DNA of 63,285 bases, filler included, from Intoshia linei (Eukaryota; Animalia; Orthonectida), in the NCBI GenBank assembly GCA_001642005.1. It is 7 parts of 7 records of this genome, joined end to end, with 100 filler letters (N's around TTAATTAATTAA, not from the genome) between each part and the next. Parts side by side here need not be neighbours in the genome. Positions count along the whole stretch, not along the records: positions 1 to 24,935 come from LWCA01000512.1; 6 more parts are not named here. One strand, 5' to 3'. Below, in pieces: positions 1-12,444 of the stretch. Position numbers and translations under genes: made by a program. The notes below the pieces were generated by a model. The model made no database searches, had not been told where the DNA came from, and saw only the letters and a program-made list of their open reading frames with translations. Position 1 is the first letter of the stretch. Every line of letters begins with the position of its first letter.

Positions 1-406
1 ATGATACTTTGGTTCATTTTAAAATCGTTTTAATGATGAACAATAAAAGATATAGTAAGAGCTTTAATTAACAAGAAAACGATTTTAACATCGATAATAT
101 AAATGTAAGTAAAGATCTATTTTGGTATCTATCACTACAGCAATAATGGTAAAATTCGACTGAAAGGTTTATAAAGTGAAGATTCAGTTAATTATTGATA
201 CACAATTGGTATTTTTAAGTATGTATTAAATTGGTACTGAATATATGTCATCACTAGGGCAAACTTTTTCTAATTTATAAAATCGTATAAAATATAACCT
301 ATTAAAATAAAATTTTAACTTTTCTAACCTATAAAAAATACATTAAAAATTCAATTTGGTCCCCCCTGTTAAATTTTTTTTTTAAAATAATTTAAAAAAT
401 TAAAGA

Positions 407-1022
407 TTAAGATTTATTATGGTACAATATTAAATATTTTTTAACGTTTTTAACGCTAGATAAAAAATTCCTTTGTTTTGTGAGTAATGTCTTCAGCATG
501 CTAAAACTTCTTTCTACACCGTTAGAAGTTGAAGGGCCATTTCTCAATTGGCTGTACAATGAAGGAGGTTTGGACTGATCCATAGCTAACATAATTTTTT
601 TGATATTATTTTTTTTATATATAGTTGTATTTCACATGGGTCAGGAATAAATTGTATTTTTATATTGTATCATATGCTTGATTAATAGTAAACGACTATT
701 TTGCCATGTCAATAACACCTAATATAGATGTATACCCGTTTAATTTTAATTCGATTAATTCATTATATAATCCAATCATAGATACAATTTGACCATTTAT
801 GTTTGTATTAATCATTTTACAGTCAAACAGCATTAAATTTTGGGGGTTTATCAAAGTACCTACAATTATATTTATATATTTAACATCGTTTAAATCGGTT
901 TCATCCAACATCATAAATATTAATTCATCTTTACTACACGATTTTATCCTTTCAATTTCTTTCAAATATACCTGGTCGGTTTTACCACGACAATTGTTTT
1001 CAGATGGTAGCGATTTGCCCAT
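407..1022 (-). pseudogene. Decayed hAT-superfamily (CGGBP1-related) transposase fragments
   Basis: ORF 696-1022 has SLPSENNCR...IFMMLDETD...YINIIVGTL (first catalytic-Asp region). ORF 407-592 has STSNGVERSFSMLK...RNFL (hAT C-terminal dimerisation motif). The middle of the transposase is missing. Confidence 0.7.
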
Positions 1023-2035
1023 GTTGGTAAAAAATTCCTTAAAGTTTTTGTTGTTTAACTTGTATAAGGTCTAACGAGGAAAAAAGTTTTACTATGTTAA
1101 TGGCAAAATCACTTTTTAATTTGCAATATTTACGGATTGGATTGTATCATTCAAAGTTAATGATTTATAAAAATGAAATAAAGGTAATCTACATATTAGT
1201 CTGTTCAACTTATTTTTTTTGAAACTCAGTAAAATATTTATTTTTTTTAAATCTCAGTATTTTTTTTCAAATTTTAGTAAAGGTACTTTAAAAAATTGAA
1301 AACTTAAAATTAATAAGCTTTTATTGAAAATTTAAAGATGCTTGAAATAACTATTGTAGAATACCAAAGACGGAACACCCCAAAAGCGGAACAGTCAAAA
1401 TATATTATTTTTGTACTAACTCAGATTTTATACTATTTGTAGAATATGCATATATCCATGTAAGACTTGTGACTCGTTTCAAATTGAATTGTGGCCGTCG
1501 CGACACTTAGGTTTATATAGAAAAACATCCTCTTTAGAAGAATTTGTAAATTTTGGAGTTTCAAAAATTAAATAGGACTTAAATTGTTCAAATCGTTAAA
1601 AAAGTGATAATGTCTAAAATGGCACATTATAATTTAATCAGCTTATAATATAGCACTATTAATTGAATTACAATTATATAATATCAACAATAAATAATGA
1701 TTCATTTACTGTAACAATTTAATTTAACATTTTACCTATAAAATACTAACACACTTAAATTCCAGAAAAGAACAACAGATATGTTATAATGAATAAACTT
1801 TATATTTTTATAATTAATTAAATGTTAATTAAACAAAATAATTATAATACAGTATAGAATGAATTAATCCTATTAGCACTATATACTTGATATGAATGAC
1901 CATGCCAATAATCGCAGCCTCAACATTAAATTATCCATAACAATTTAGATTGCACCAATTTATTAAAAATACAATAATTAAAAAATCGACATTGAATATG
2001 GGTTATTGAAATGACCTAATTAGTGATAATTACAA

Positions 2036-5000
2036 ATGTTTTCTAAATTTAAATCAAAAACAGGGAATTTCATTAACCAAGTCTTTTCCCCGACACAAAG
2101 TCAAGATACATTACGAAATGTACGTGACTATGATTGTAATTAGAAACCTTGTTCAAATGATATTACTATATAGGTCAAGTTCGAGCTCGATTAAAAAGCA
2201 TTATAAAATTAGATCGCGACATAAGACCTTTATTTTGCGAACTTATAGAACTTGTTAGAAAAAACTCGGCGAGTTCAGTAATATGGATTGAAACTGCAAG
2301 GTTAATTTTTTAAGAAATATAATATTTTTAAATGATAGATGGATTAAATTTGAAGAAGATGTAGAAGCAGAGGGAGATAGATGGTCCAAACCTCATGTGG
2401 CTACAATTTGTCAAAATTCAGTAAAGTTTATTAAAAAATCACTCATCAATGGTACAATTCTATTTGATATCAAAGTTGAAAAATTTGAAGATCTTGTTGG
2501 TAATCATTTTTTAATAATTAGTATAATCGTTGTCATTGTTTCATACGTGATATTTGAATTTGTAGAATTCAACTATTTCATCATTCAGTTATTCGATCAC
2601 TAGACTTTATTCCTTATCATGTTCGTATAAAACCTCCGCTGTTTGCCAATAATTTTTCAAAATATACGAATAAAATGTTTTCATACCTTGATTAATTAAC
2701 ATAATTGATGTGAATAAAATTTTTAAAAAAATAAAAAAAGTTAAGATTATAAATTAATTTTATAAAAAGATGGGAATGTATATAGAAAGTAGATAATTGG
2801 GATACTACATTACTGATGAACTGTTGATAAAATATTATCCTAACTTATATAAAAGGCTACGCGATTTTTGTTTGTCTGTCTGTGTATGTGTGTGTGACTT
2901 GTGTATATGATGTTTATTGAAATAACCAATATTTTTCAAATATTTCGATTAAAATTTATACGAATTTATAAAAGTTCAATTTTGATACTAAATTAAAACC
3001 TTATTTTTTTACTTTAATATTTAAAATAAAATGCCAAAAAGAAAAGCAACATTCACAAGAAAAAACGCCAAAATTGAGAAGATGAGACGTCTCAAGAAGA
3101 TCATGATATCAGAAATAGGTTAGATAACAATTTTTTTTTAAATTAATCATTCCTTGATAAGATAAGATAATAGTGAATAGTAGGATTTTTAAATTAGAAT
3201 TTCAACGTGAATTTATTTTTTAAGTATAATAAAACTGTGCCCTCGACAGAGCTAGGTGCAATTTGTACTTAGTATAAAACCGCCAAGCTAGTATAATTAT
3301 AATGCACAAGTTTTCGTATATATTTTTTGGAATTTTGGAAGATTTTTTTTGGAAAAACATTCTCGTTAAAGGAAGTTTTTATAAATGATGTATACATTAA
3401 AACAGTGGTTCCTGATTGGTCCAAAATTATATGCCTGGGGTCCGTGAGATTCAAATAAAATATGGAAAAATTTTGTTCAACTTTTGTTTATTTTTATGGG
3501 AGAATTTTTAATATTTATTACAGAGTTTCTAAATGTTGATTATCCCAAAGCGTAGATGACCGTTACATTATTATTTCAAAAATCCCACTTTTATATCACC
3601 ATTAACAAAATTAAATAAAAAATACCATTTCAAGCCCTATGGAAAAATTGACTTTTACAGATATTTTTTTGAAAAATACGATTTTACCAAATCTTATGAG
3701 AAAAACTTCTTATTTCAACCTCAAAATAAAACTCCAATATTATCAAAGCTTAAGGTAAATGTCCTCTTTTTTCAATATTATTTTGAAAATCCGATTATAC
3801 TAAATCTTATCATTAAAAACCTTTAATTTTTTACTATAATTAAATAGATTAAAATCCAGAATTTCGTAGTAATTTATTAATGTGAACTGATTTATCCCTG
3901 AGCGGCATGTAAAATCTAAAAAAGAATGAGAAAGTTGACACCTTACTATACATTCAATATTGTATTAACATGTATTGTATATATTTACATATATGTATTG
4001 CTTGATTTGTCATATTGAACAATATGTGATGGTAATATACAAAAACGGCACACATTAAATAATTATAATTACGTACTTATGTATTGTACGAAGTACTTGA
4101 AAATAAACTAATACTACTGACTAGGGAATGTTATCCGATTAATCGAAAACCCGGTTAATCGCTTACAATAATCGGAGAAAAATAATCGGAATACATTTCG
4201 AATAATCGGATTTTCAAAAATTTCATAAATATGTCATTGAAGTCATATATCACATTACTTTTTACTTTAAAGTGAATTATTCTTAATCTTAATCTTAATT
4301 AGTTTGTTAACATTAATTAAATTTAGTAATTAGGGGTTTTCGCCATGAAGATTTAATTTTTTTAAAAAAATTTGAAATTGATGATAATGTTTATGATTTT
4401 AAAATCTGTATCAGCGTATATATTTTTTTTAAATTCTCCAACTCTTTTGATTTTCAAAAAAAGAACAATTGCGATTTTTAACCCGTAAGATGTGAGTTTC
4501 GGATGTTGAAATTTATTTTGCGAACACCTTCAGTAAAAACTGTAATTGAAATGTGGACTTTATAAAATTCTAAGACGGGAAGTTATTTAAATAAAGTGGA
4601 ACACACACACAAACAAAAATCGCGTAGCATATTATACAAGTAAGGATTATTGGTTTTATGTTAAAAATTTTAAATTCTGATTAATCGGATAATCGTTGTT
4701 CAAATAACCGGTTTTTCAAATTTTCGAATAATCAGGACTCCATACTAGTGACTATAATTTTCCTATAACGAATTATTTGTGGGAGTGATAGAATAACAAA
4801 TTTTTTATGTGATACATACTATGGAGTCGTTTTTGAAAATTAATAAGAGAAAATCAAAGATTTCCTACTTTCTTTTTTGAATATTCACTTAATAGAAAGG
4901 TTTTAATGTTTAATATTATCATTTGAAACAGTTTTTATGTCAATATTATATGATAAACATTGTAGAATATATTTTAAATTGAATATTTACCAGAACTTTG

Positions 5001-8000
5001 ATTCTTTAAACTATTTTCTTTCTCGCTATTTGAATTCCCACACTTCAAAACTTATAAACTGTTTCTTAAGATATAAATGTGAAGTATTTTTTAATAAATT
5101 GGGGCATCTTTTTAAGATATAAGTGTAAAGTACTTTTATTAATTTTTGGGGGCCTTTTTTAATTAGTGGCCATGGGTTACAGCCCATATTGCCCATGCCA
5201 TGCCTTAAACTACATTTATTTGATTATGACATCTAAATATTTATATACAATTTAAGATTAATAATTTAATACTTGATCCTTTACCAAAAATAAAAAATTT
5301 TAAAAGGCATTTTAGTTAGCACAAATAATATAATTATGGAAAAATAAACACAAGTTCAAAAAATTTCTCTCAAAAAAGTGAACTTTCGTCGGCCAGTTAA
5401 ATTGCCAAATTCTGCGTTAATGTTCGAGATACTCTCTTAGAATCACCAATAATTACGATACTAAAATACACTTTTCGATTTTTTAAAAAAAATGTCTTTT
5501 TGGCACACCTTAATATACATGTATAACTCTATGAGAAAAATAAATTCCTTCCCCAATATATAAAATGATATACTTAAAAATCTAGATCAAATAATGAATG
5601 TGCAAGAATTGGAAGAAGAAAAAATAAAAAAAATAAAAGAGATACTGCTCAGCAAACATGCACATCAATTTCAACATGATAACATAAAACATGATAAACC
5701 CTCACAAAAAACATCAACAAATAATTTTTTAAAAAAACTACACCCAGAATCTGAAGCGGCAAACATTCTAGTTGGAACCATTGATTATTTAGAAAAACCT
5801 ATAGTTGCTTTCGTAAGATTGTTAAATTCTTGTGTTTTGGGAGATGTAACTGAAGTATATATACCAACAAAACTATTTTATCTAATATTGGGACCTAAAG
5901 ATCCAAACCACAGTTATCATGAAATTGGGCGAGCCATGTCAACACTACTATCAGATGAAATTTTCCAAGAAGTTGCATACAAATGCAACAAAACGGAACA
6001 TTTACTTCTTGGAATAGAAGAATTTCTAGACCAATGTACGATACTACCACCAGGTGAATGGGATCCAAGTATTAGAATTGAACCACCAAAAAAAATTCCC
6101 GATCAAGAATATAGAAAACATTTAATTACTCAATTAAAGTTTACGAGTAATGACGAAAGCATAGAATTACAAAGAACAAATTGTATATTTGGAGGTTTAA
6201 TTTCTGATATAAAACGAAAAGCACCATTTTATTTAAGTGATTTCAAAGACGCTTTAAGTTTTTCTTCCATCTCAACAGTGTGTTTTATGTATTTTGCTAT
6301 TTTGTCAACAATTATAACATTTTCAGGTGTTTTGCAACAAGAAGTTCATTACATTGGCGTAATCGAAGGAATGTTGGGTCTTTCTGTTTGTGGTGTCATA
6401 TTTCATTTATTTTCTGGTCAACCCCTGATAATCATCAATAGCATTGGTCCAATGTTAGTTTTCGAAACCATAATTTATAAATTCTGCAAAGATTACAACA
6501 TGGGTTATTTATCTTTTCGGTTTTGGATAGCTATATGGATATTTGTTACAATGATGGTTATAATTATGACAAATTTGTGCACGCTGGCAAAGTACATTAG
6601 TCGATTTACACAAGAAATTTTTGCAATGCTTATTGCCATCATTTTTTGTTATGAAGCTTTCGTGAAATTATTACAATTAATGTACAAGAAATATGATGGA
6701 AAAGATTATTATTGCATATGCCATTTAAATTTTTCAAATGTTTGTAATCTGGGTATTAATTATACAGTTGAGAATTTACAGACTGCAGTAAGTAGTCCTC
6801 GTTTTACAATCGAGACTATTGAACGGTATCAAGGTTTTTTATTGCTTTCTAATAATGAATCAACCATACAACAAGTATGTCAGAATATTGCAGGCCAATT
6901 TATAAATAAAAATACTTTCAACAATATTGACCTTGTGTACCCGTCAAAAGAGTTTTTTTTTTCTTGTTTTTTGTTTCTTGGAACATTATCTCTTGCTATG
7001 TTTTTAAAATTGCTTCCATATCAAAGATATTTTACTCATACCATCAGAAATATATTTTCAAAGTTTTCCGTATTGATAGCAATTTTAATCATGTTATTGA
7101 TTGATGTATTACTAAAATACGATACAGAAAAAATGTACGTACCTTCATCAATCGAACCTACAGTAAAACGAAATTGGATTGTAAATGTAATGGAAAATCC
7201 TGTCTGGACAATTTTTGCGGGAATAATACCGGCATTATTGGCTTGCATCTTAATTTACATGGATCAGTCTATTTCAGCAGTCATTGTAAATAGAAAGGAA
7301 AATAAACTCAACAAATCAGCAGGATATCATTTAGACATGTTCCTAATTGTTCTTTTCATACCCATAATGGCGTTATTTGGATTTCCTTGGTTTCTTGCTG
7401 CTCCAGTATTATCCATGAACCATATAGCATCCCTTACAATCGAATCGGAAGCAAATGCACCAGGCGAACAGCCTAGATTCATAGGAATCCGAGAACAACG
7501 AGTAACTGGTCTACTGTCATATTTATTAGTAGGTTTATCCGTATTTTTTGCACCAGTTTTATTATACATACCAATATCTATATTTTACGGGATTTTCATG
7601 TTTATGGGTATATCAAGTACTAATGGATTACAAATGGTTCAACGAATAGGTATACTTTTCATACCAAAAAAGTACCAACCTGATTACGCATATCTACGAC
7701 ATGTGCCTATCAAAAGAATACACCTTTTTACAATTATTCAAATTGTGTGTTTTGCGATATTATGGACTGTAAAAAAAATTAAAATAATTTCAATATCTTT
7801 TCCTGTTGTCATATTAATAATATGTTTTGTTCGGAAAATATTAGACTATGTTTTTTCACAACATGAATTAAAATGGCTTGATGATTTGTACCCTGAAAAA
7901 ATTAAAAGAGAAGAACCAGAAATTTCAAAAGAAGAGTCTCACAAAATTAGAGGTATTTATAATCTCAGGAGTAAAAGTTCTGCGATACCTATATCCATTG

Positions 8001-8005
8001 TATGA
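2036..8005 (+). CDS. SLC4-family bicarbonate transporter (Na+-coupled NBC/NDCBE-like, divergent), multi-exon
   Basis: Exon ~2174-2300 (LFCELIEL...WIETAR), 38-nt intron 2301-2338, exon 2339-2499 (WIKFEEDVEAEGDRWSKPHVAT), phase-1 intron 2500-5585, and terminal exon 5586-8005 in frame with the 803-aa ORF (LPPGEWDP, GGLISDIKRKAPFYLSDFKD, RFTQEIF, MDQSIS, EQRVTG). First exon/ATG at 2036 is tentative. Confidence 0.93.
2838..3291 (+). mobile_element. Non-autonomous Helitron-like element (in SLC4 intron)
   Basis: Starts A|TCCTAACTTATATAAAAGGCTACGCGATTTTTGTTTGTCTGTC with a GT-rich microsatellite and ends ...CGCCAAGCTAG|T; no TSD. The same termini recur elsewhere in the window. Confidence 0.7.
3404..3860 (+). 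repeat. Dispersed repeat family (hAT-MITE-like start CAGTGGTTCC), related to 14890-15968 and 34700-34900 (-)
   Basis: Shares GTGAGATTCAAATAAAATAT...CAACTTTTGTTTATTTTTAT...AAAAAATACCATTTCAA with 14900-15130. Confidence 0.6.
4122..4744. mobile_element. hAT-type MITE with nested Helitron-family fragment
   Basis: Flanked by near-identical 8-mers CTACTGAC (4114-4121) and CTAGTGAC (4745-4752). TAATCG/AATCGG subterminal repeats at both ends. Internal 4220-4645 matches the Helitron-like family on the minus strand. Confidence 0.55.
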
Positions 8006-8672
8006 TAATTATATTAAATTATTTATAATAATAAAACATATATTACAATTATAATTGTTATAAGGATAATTATCCTTATAGTTAATAATATAATCAGATA
8101 TTATCAATTCTTCCTGTTTTCTATAAAAATATAAAAAATATAAAACCAAATTTTAAATAATCGGTAGAATATTCAGGAACATATTTTTTGGAAGCAGGCA
8201 TAACTAAATTTTATTAAAATATAAAAGGCAACATACTTACTACACAGATAATTGGTGTTAGATAACTTATATTGCAAACTCTTAATAAATTAATTATAGT
8301 TCAATTTAATTCAAATTTTTTTTTATTTGATAAAATTGAAAATTTAATTTGTTAAAAAAATGAAAAATATTTATTTTCGCATCACCCAGGTTGGGAAACA
8401 CTGGGATAGACTATAGGAAGTAAACAACCAAACATGACGATCAATATAAAACACTCAAAACATAGATACAGTATCTCATCATAATATTCCAGAAAATAAA
8501 GTTATATTTTAGTTTTTCTAGAACATTTTTAAAACGACAAGCTTCTCCGCAAAAAAATTCTCCAAAATCATTTTTGTCAGTGTAGCCATAAAACTGTCAT
8601 ACGCGACTTTATCCGTTTCTGCACCATAAAAGTTCCAAAAAAACTACTAAAATTCATACACCTAGTGTAGAC

Positions 8673-9325
8673 CAGCGGTTCTCAACCTTTTTCAGGCCAT
8701 GGCCCAAAAAAGTTTTGCCTAAAATTCCATGACCCACCTTAAAATATCTACTTTTATTTATTTAAATTTTAAAGTATTAAATAAAGTGTTAAAAAATAAT
8801 AATCAACAAGTAAATTTAAATTTATACTAGTTAGTGACTCCCTTGGCATTTGTGTATGTTGCACAATGAATCATAATCAATTTCTATTAGTTTATTCAAT
8901 CTTAATCGCATTATTCCTCGGTTGTTCACATCCAATTTTGACCTCTTCTTACTAAAAATATCGACCACTGCTGAAAATCCAGTTTCTACAAGCCATGTTG
9001 TAGGAAAAGCAATAATGCTTGATTGAACATTATCAAACACAATTAGATTTGATTCTTGAATTCCCATAAATCCAAATACACCTTCCTTTTCTATTCGTCT
9101 TACTAATTTCAAATCTTCTTTTAAGTCCAAGAGTTTTTCAGTTAGTTCAGGACTGGTTTCATCATTTGGTTCAAAGTTTTGAAGATCTGTAAACCATAAT
9201 TCCAAATTTATATTTCAAATTCATTATGCATTTATAGATTTTGTTTTGGTTAGCAATTTTATTGCTTAATACACCAAATTTTTTTTATGTTGAAAATTTT
9301 CTGTGGCCCACGTTGAGAACCCCTG
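8673..9325 (-). mobile_element. Internally deleted hAT (Buster-type) DNA transposon
   Basis: TIRs CAGCGGTTCTCAAC / GTTGAGAACCCCTG; perfect 8-bp TSD GTGTAGAC (8665-8672, 9326-9333); carries the transposase C-terminus. Confidence 0.9.
8831..9205 (-). pseudogene. C-terminal fragment of hAT/Buster transposase
   Basis: AFPTTWLVETGFSAV...KKRSKLDV...MRLRL resembles the Buster/ZBED5/SCAND3-type dimerisation region; lies inside the TIR/TSD-bounded element. Confidence 0.8.
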
Positions 9326-9589
9326 GTGTAGACACTGTTAAACATATAATAAAAACACAAGGAAACAGAGATAGGACCCTGCACGTGTTAAATGTTTCTG
9401 GTTCTTATTTAGGATCCATGACACGGACTTTACGCCCTTAAGAAATATTCACTGCTGCCATAATCAGGCCAGTCATTATTTTTTAAAAATCATTAAAAAA
9501 TCAAGTGCGTTTGAATGCATTTGATGTTTGGTGTAACTTTTCAAAAAAATTAAAATCATAACTATTTTAAAAAATTTAATAATCTAAAT

Positions 9590-11325
9590 TTACATAGGCT
9601 TTTGAGATTTTTCAGATATTTGTTCAATTGTAGAAACCTCAGATTCGGGCCAATTGATAAATAACACATATATGAGAAGCAAAGAGAATAAAATTATAAA
9701 TACCACTTTGGTATAGAATTTACAGTTGGCCAAAAAATTTGATTCTCTATTTTGAACAGGAAATTTTGCTCTGGAAAATTTCAACTTTGATTCATCTCTA
9801 AATTTTTATTTTTCATATAAATCGTGTTCTACGGAAATTTAAATAATTAGTTAAATCAGGGATTCTCCACCTGGGCGATTTTTTAATATTGGGGGTGCAA
9901 TTTCAGAATAAGCTTATTTTCAAATTGATATTTTTTACATAATTTTGAGATAATAGTTTTGATTCTTTTCTATTTCATTTCTGCGAAGTCACATAAAAAT
10001 ACTGTTATTATGAGAAAAAGTAAGTCAACTTAACAAGCAAGCAATTTGTTAAAACTCAAAATTTAAAAATTCGGTTAAATATACTGTATCAAAAATTATT
10101 ATAATGCACAAAAGTATTTATAAATTATAAATAAAAGAGGAAAAACAAAATTAATTAAAAAAAAGATAATTAAAGGAAAAAATTGTCGAAATGGATCCGA
10201 ATATATCAAGAAGCACAATTGTATGTAACGGTTTGTAAAAAGAAATAATATGCTATAGGAATATATCTGAAGATATAGATAAGAAAAGTATAAAATAAAC
10301 TTAAAAAATCAAACTTTCCTCAATTAATGCGGTTAAAATTCTGGCTTTATAAATCGCGTTAATCGAGGGATACCTGTATATAGGGTTGCCAACTGCGTTA
10401 TTTTCCCCATGAGAATTCGGGTTTTATAATTCAACTCAGGGCTCAGGGTTAAATGATATTTATCAGGGTAATTTAATTATTTCAATCAAAATCATCAAAT
10501 CAGACATTTTATTTATATTCTATAATTTTTTTCTCTATGGTGAAAAACTCTTAGTGTTAACATTTAATTTTATTCCATTACTTAGTGACACCTATATTAT
10601 TTTTTGAAAAAGACACCCCAAAGTAAAAGATGGGCCACAAAAAAATTTCACGCTTCGTTCAAAACTCAGAGTTAAGAATAATTAATGTTGGCAACCCTGC
10701 CTGTATAAGCAAATGTTTATTTTATAATTTTCTTAACCCGTCATTTTTCCTACTTTTCGTTAAATATCGGCCCATATCAAGACAATAAATCATACAATAA
10801 AAATTACACTTTATGATATTTTTTCGAATAATTTTTCTTGGCATATTCAAATGTACTTGGCCTAGATTTAATATTTGAATTTTTAGACTTAACAAAAGAA
10901 TAATCGTTGGTATTGTTGTGATCTTTAGGAGTTGAAGATTTTTCACTAATGTATCTATTGCGGATAATTTCATTAGATTGTTCATTCATTGAACGATTTC
11001 GCATATTATATTTATTTTTGATAAATAATTCGTCATCAACAATTTGAAAATCCTTTTGAATATCATATGTATCATTCGTTGAAATGCTACTCTTAGTTTC
11101 AGGTAAAATTCCAGCATTTACCACAGGTTCTCCATTCAAACATTTTCTTAACAAATCCGCGTAAAAAGCTTCACAAGTGTCTAAAATTTAGACTAAATTT
11201 TAAAAATTGAACTTGAATTCATACTAAATCAAATTATTAATAAAATAAAATGAACCAGTAATAGGTCCCAATGATGGATAAAACTTTTTAAGTTTCGCTC
11301 TAAGTTTATCTCGATTTGATGACAT
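9590..11325 (-). CDS. LEM-domain inner-nuclear-membrane protein (emerin/LAP2beta-like architecture)
   Basis: Exons 11325-11256, 11180-10808 and 9797-9590 splice in frame. MSSNRDKLRAKLKKFYPSLGPIT|DTCEAFYADLLRKCLNG matches the LEM pattern (Lr..L..y...GPIt.t....Y...L). It is followed by a S/N/K-rich linker and a C-terminal TM helix VVFIILFSLLLIYVLFINW. A possible extra upstream exon starts at 11479. Confidence 0.7.
10381..10699. mobile_element. hAT MITE in LEM-gene intron
   Basis: TIRs TAGGGTTGCCAAC / GTTGGCAACCCTG; perfect 8-bp TSD CCTGTATA (10373-10380, 10700-10707). Confidence 0.9.
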
Positions 11326-12444
11326 TATGCTATAAAAGTTATAAATTAACGCAATGAATTTTCGGTTTAATTTAATTTTATCAGCTTAACTTGGCGCTAT
11401 TGTATAACGCCGTGGAAACTGCTCCAAACAATGAGACATGAATGTTTTGTATCACACAAGTTTCGTGTGTATCATTCATTATTATTACATGTATTGAGGT
11501 GTCTAATTATTGTTTTATCAAATTGAAACACTGTATCCATCACTATAAAACTTTAAATATTCCATAAGTTTTGATACTTCAGACAAATTTACATTGTAAA
11601 GTGTAGTCTCATTACGAGACTTGAATATACTTTTGCAAAGTAAGCCATAAGTAAAGTGACCTGATTTAATAAGTACATCTGTAATGAATTAGATATTTAA
11701 GATCAAAGATATAAATTTAATTATTAAAGTAAATTATTTTCACGTTATTTTCACGATAATGGAGATAAAGTCATAGTGACTAACTTTATTCATTACAACA
11801 TCTATTGTACTATCAATTTAATTTATTTCGAACAAATTTTAAGCCAAAAATTTTTATTCGTGATCATAGATAAATAGTTTTGACTTTAAATTTAACACCA
11901 AATGAACTAAATTGATAGTACTTATTTAATCTGATCACTACATGAGTCGAAATTAAATATACGAAAAACAAAAATTAATCTAAAATTTCTTGTGCACTTC
12001 ACTGAAAAATTTCTCTCCACCCTTATAACTTTTTTAAATTAAAAGTTGATAATAAAAGAAGGTAAAATTTATTTTTGCAACAATTTTCTGAACACATGTC
12101 TTTTTTATTTATTGCAAATTATTAAGAAAATACCGAAAATGCATAATATGCATTACATATATAAGGGGTTCTCAAACTTTTTTAGCGGCGAATTGGTAAT
12201 AAATTATGAAATTAATTGCGAACCATTAAACAAAATTACTAGGCAACGTTAAAAAAATTGATAATAACGTAGTAAATTGACCTATAATTAATAAAAAAAA
12301 TCAAAATTATATCTCGGACCGGAATTTGGCAAACGCTGGCATATACAATAGGATTTTTATTTTTATTTTTAATAAAATTTTTAATATTAACATGTTAATT
12401 TATAAATTTTATAAATAAATAAGGATATATTTTATTTAATTTGA

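Noticed and set aside
7036-7569. Minus-strand ORFs inside SLC4
   Set aside because: Antisense shadows of the long coding exon.
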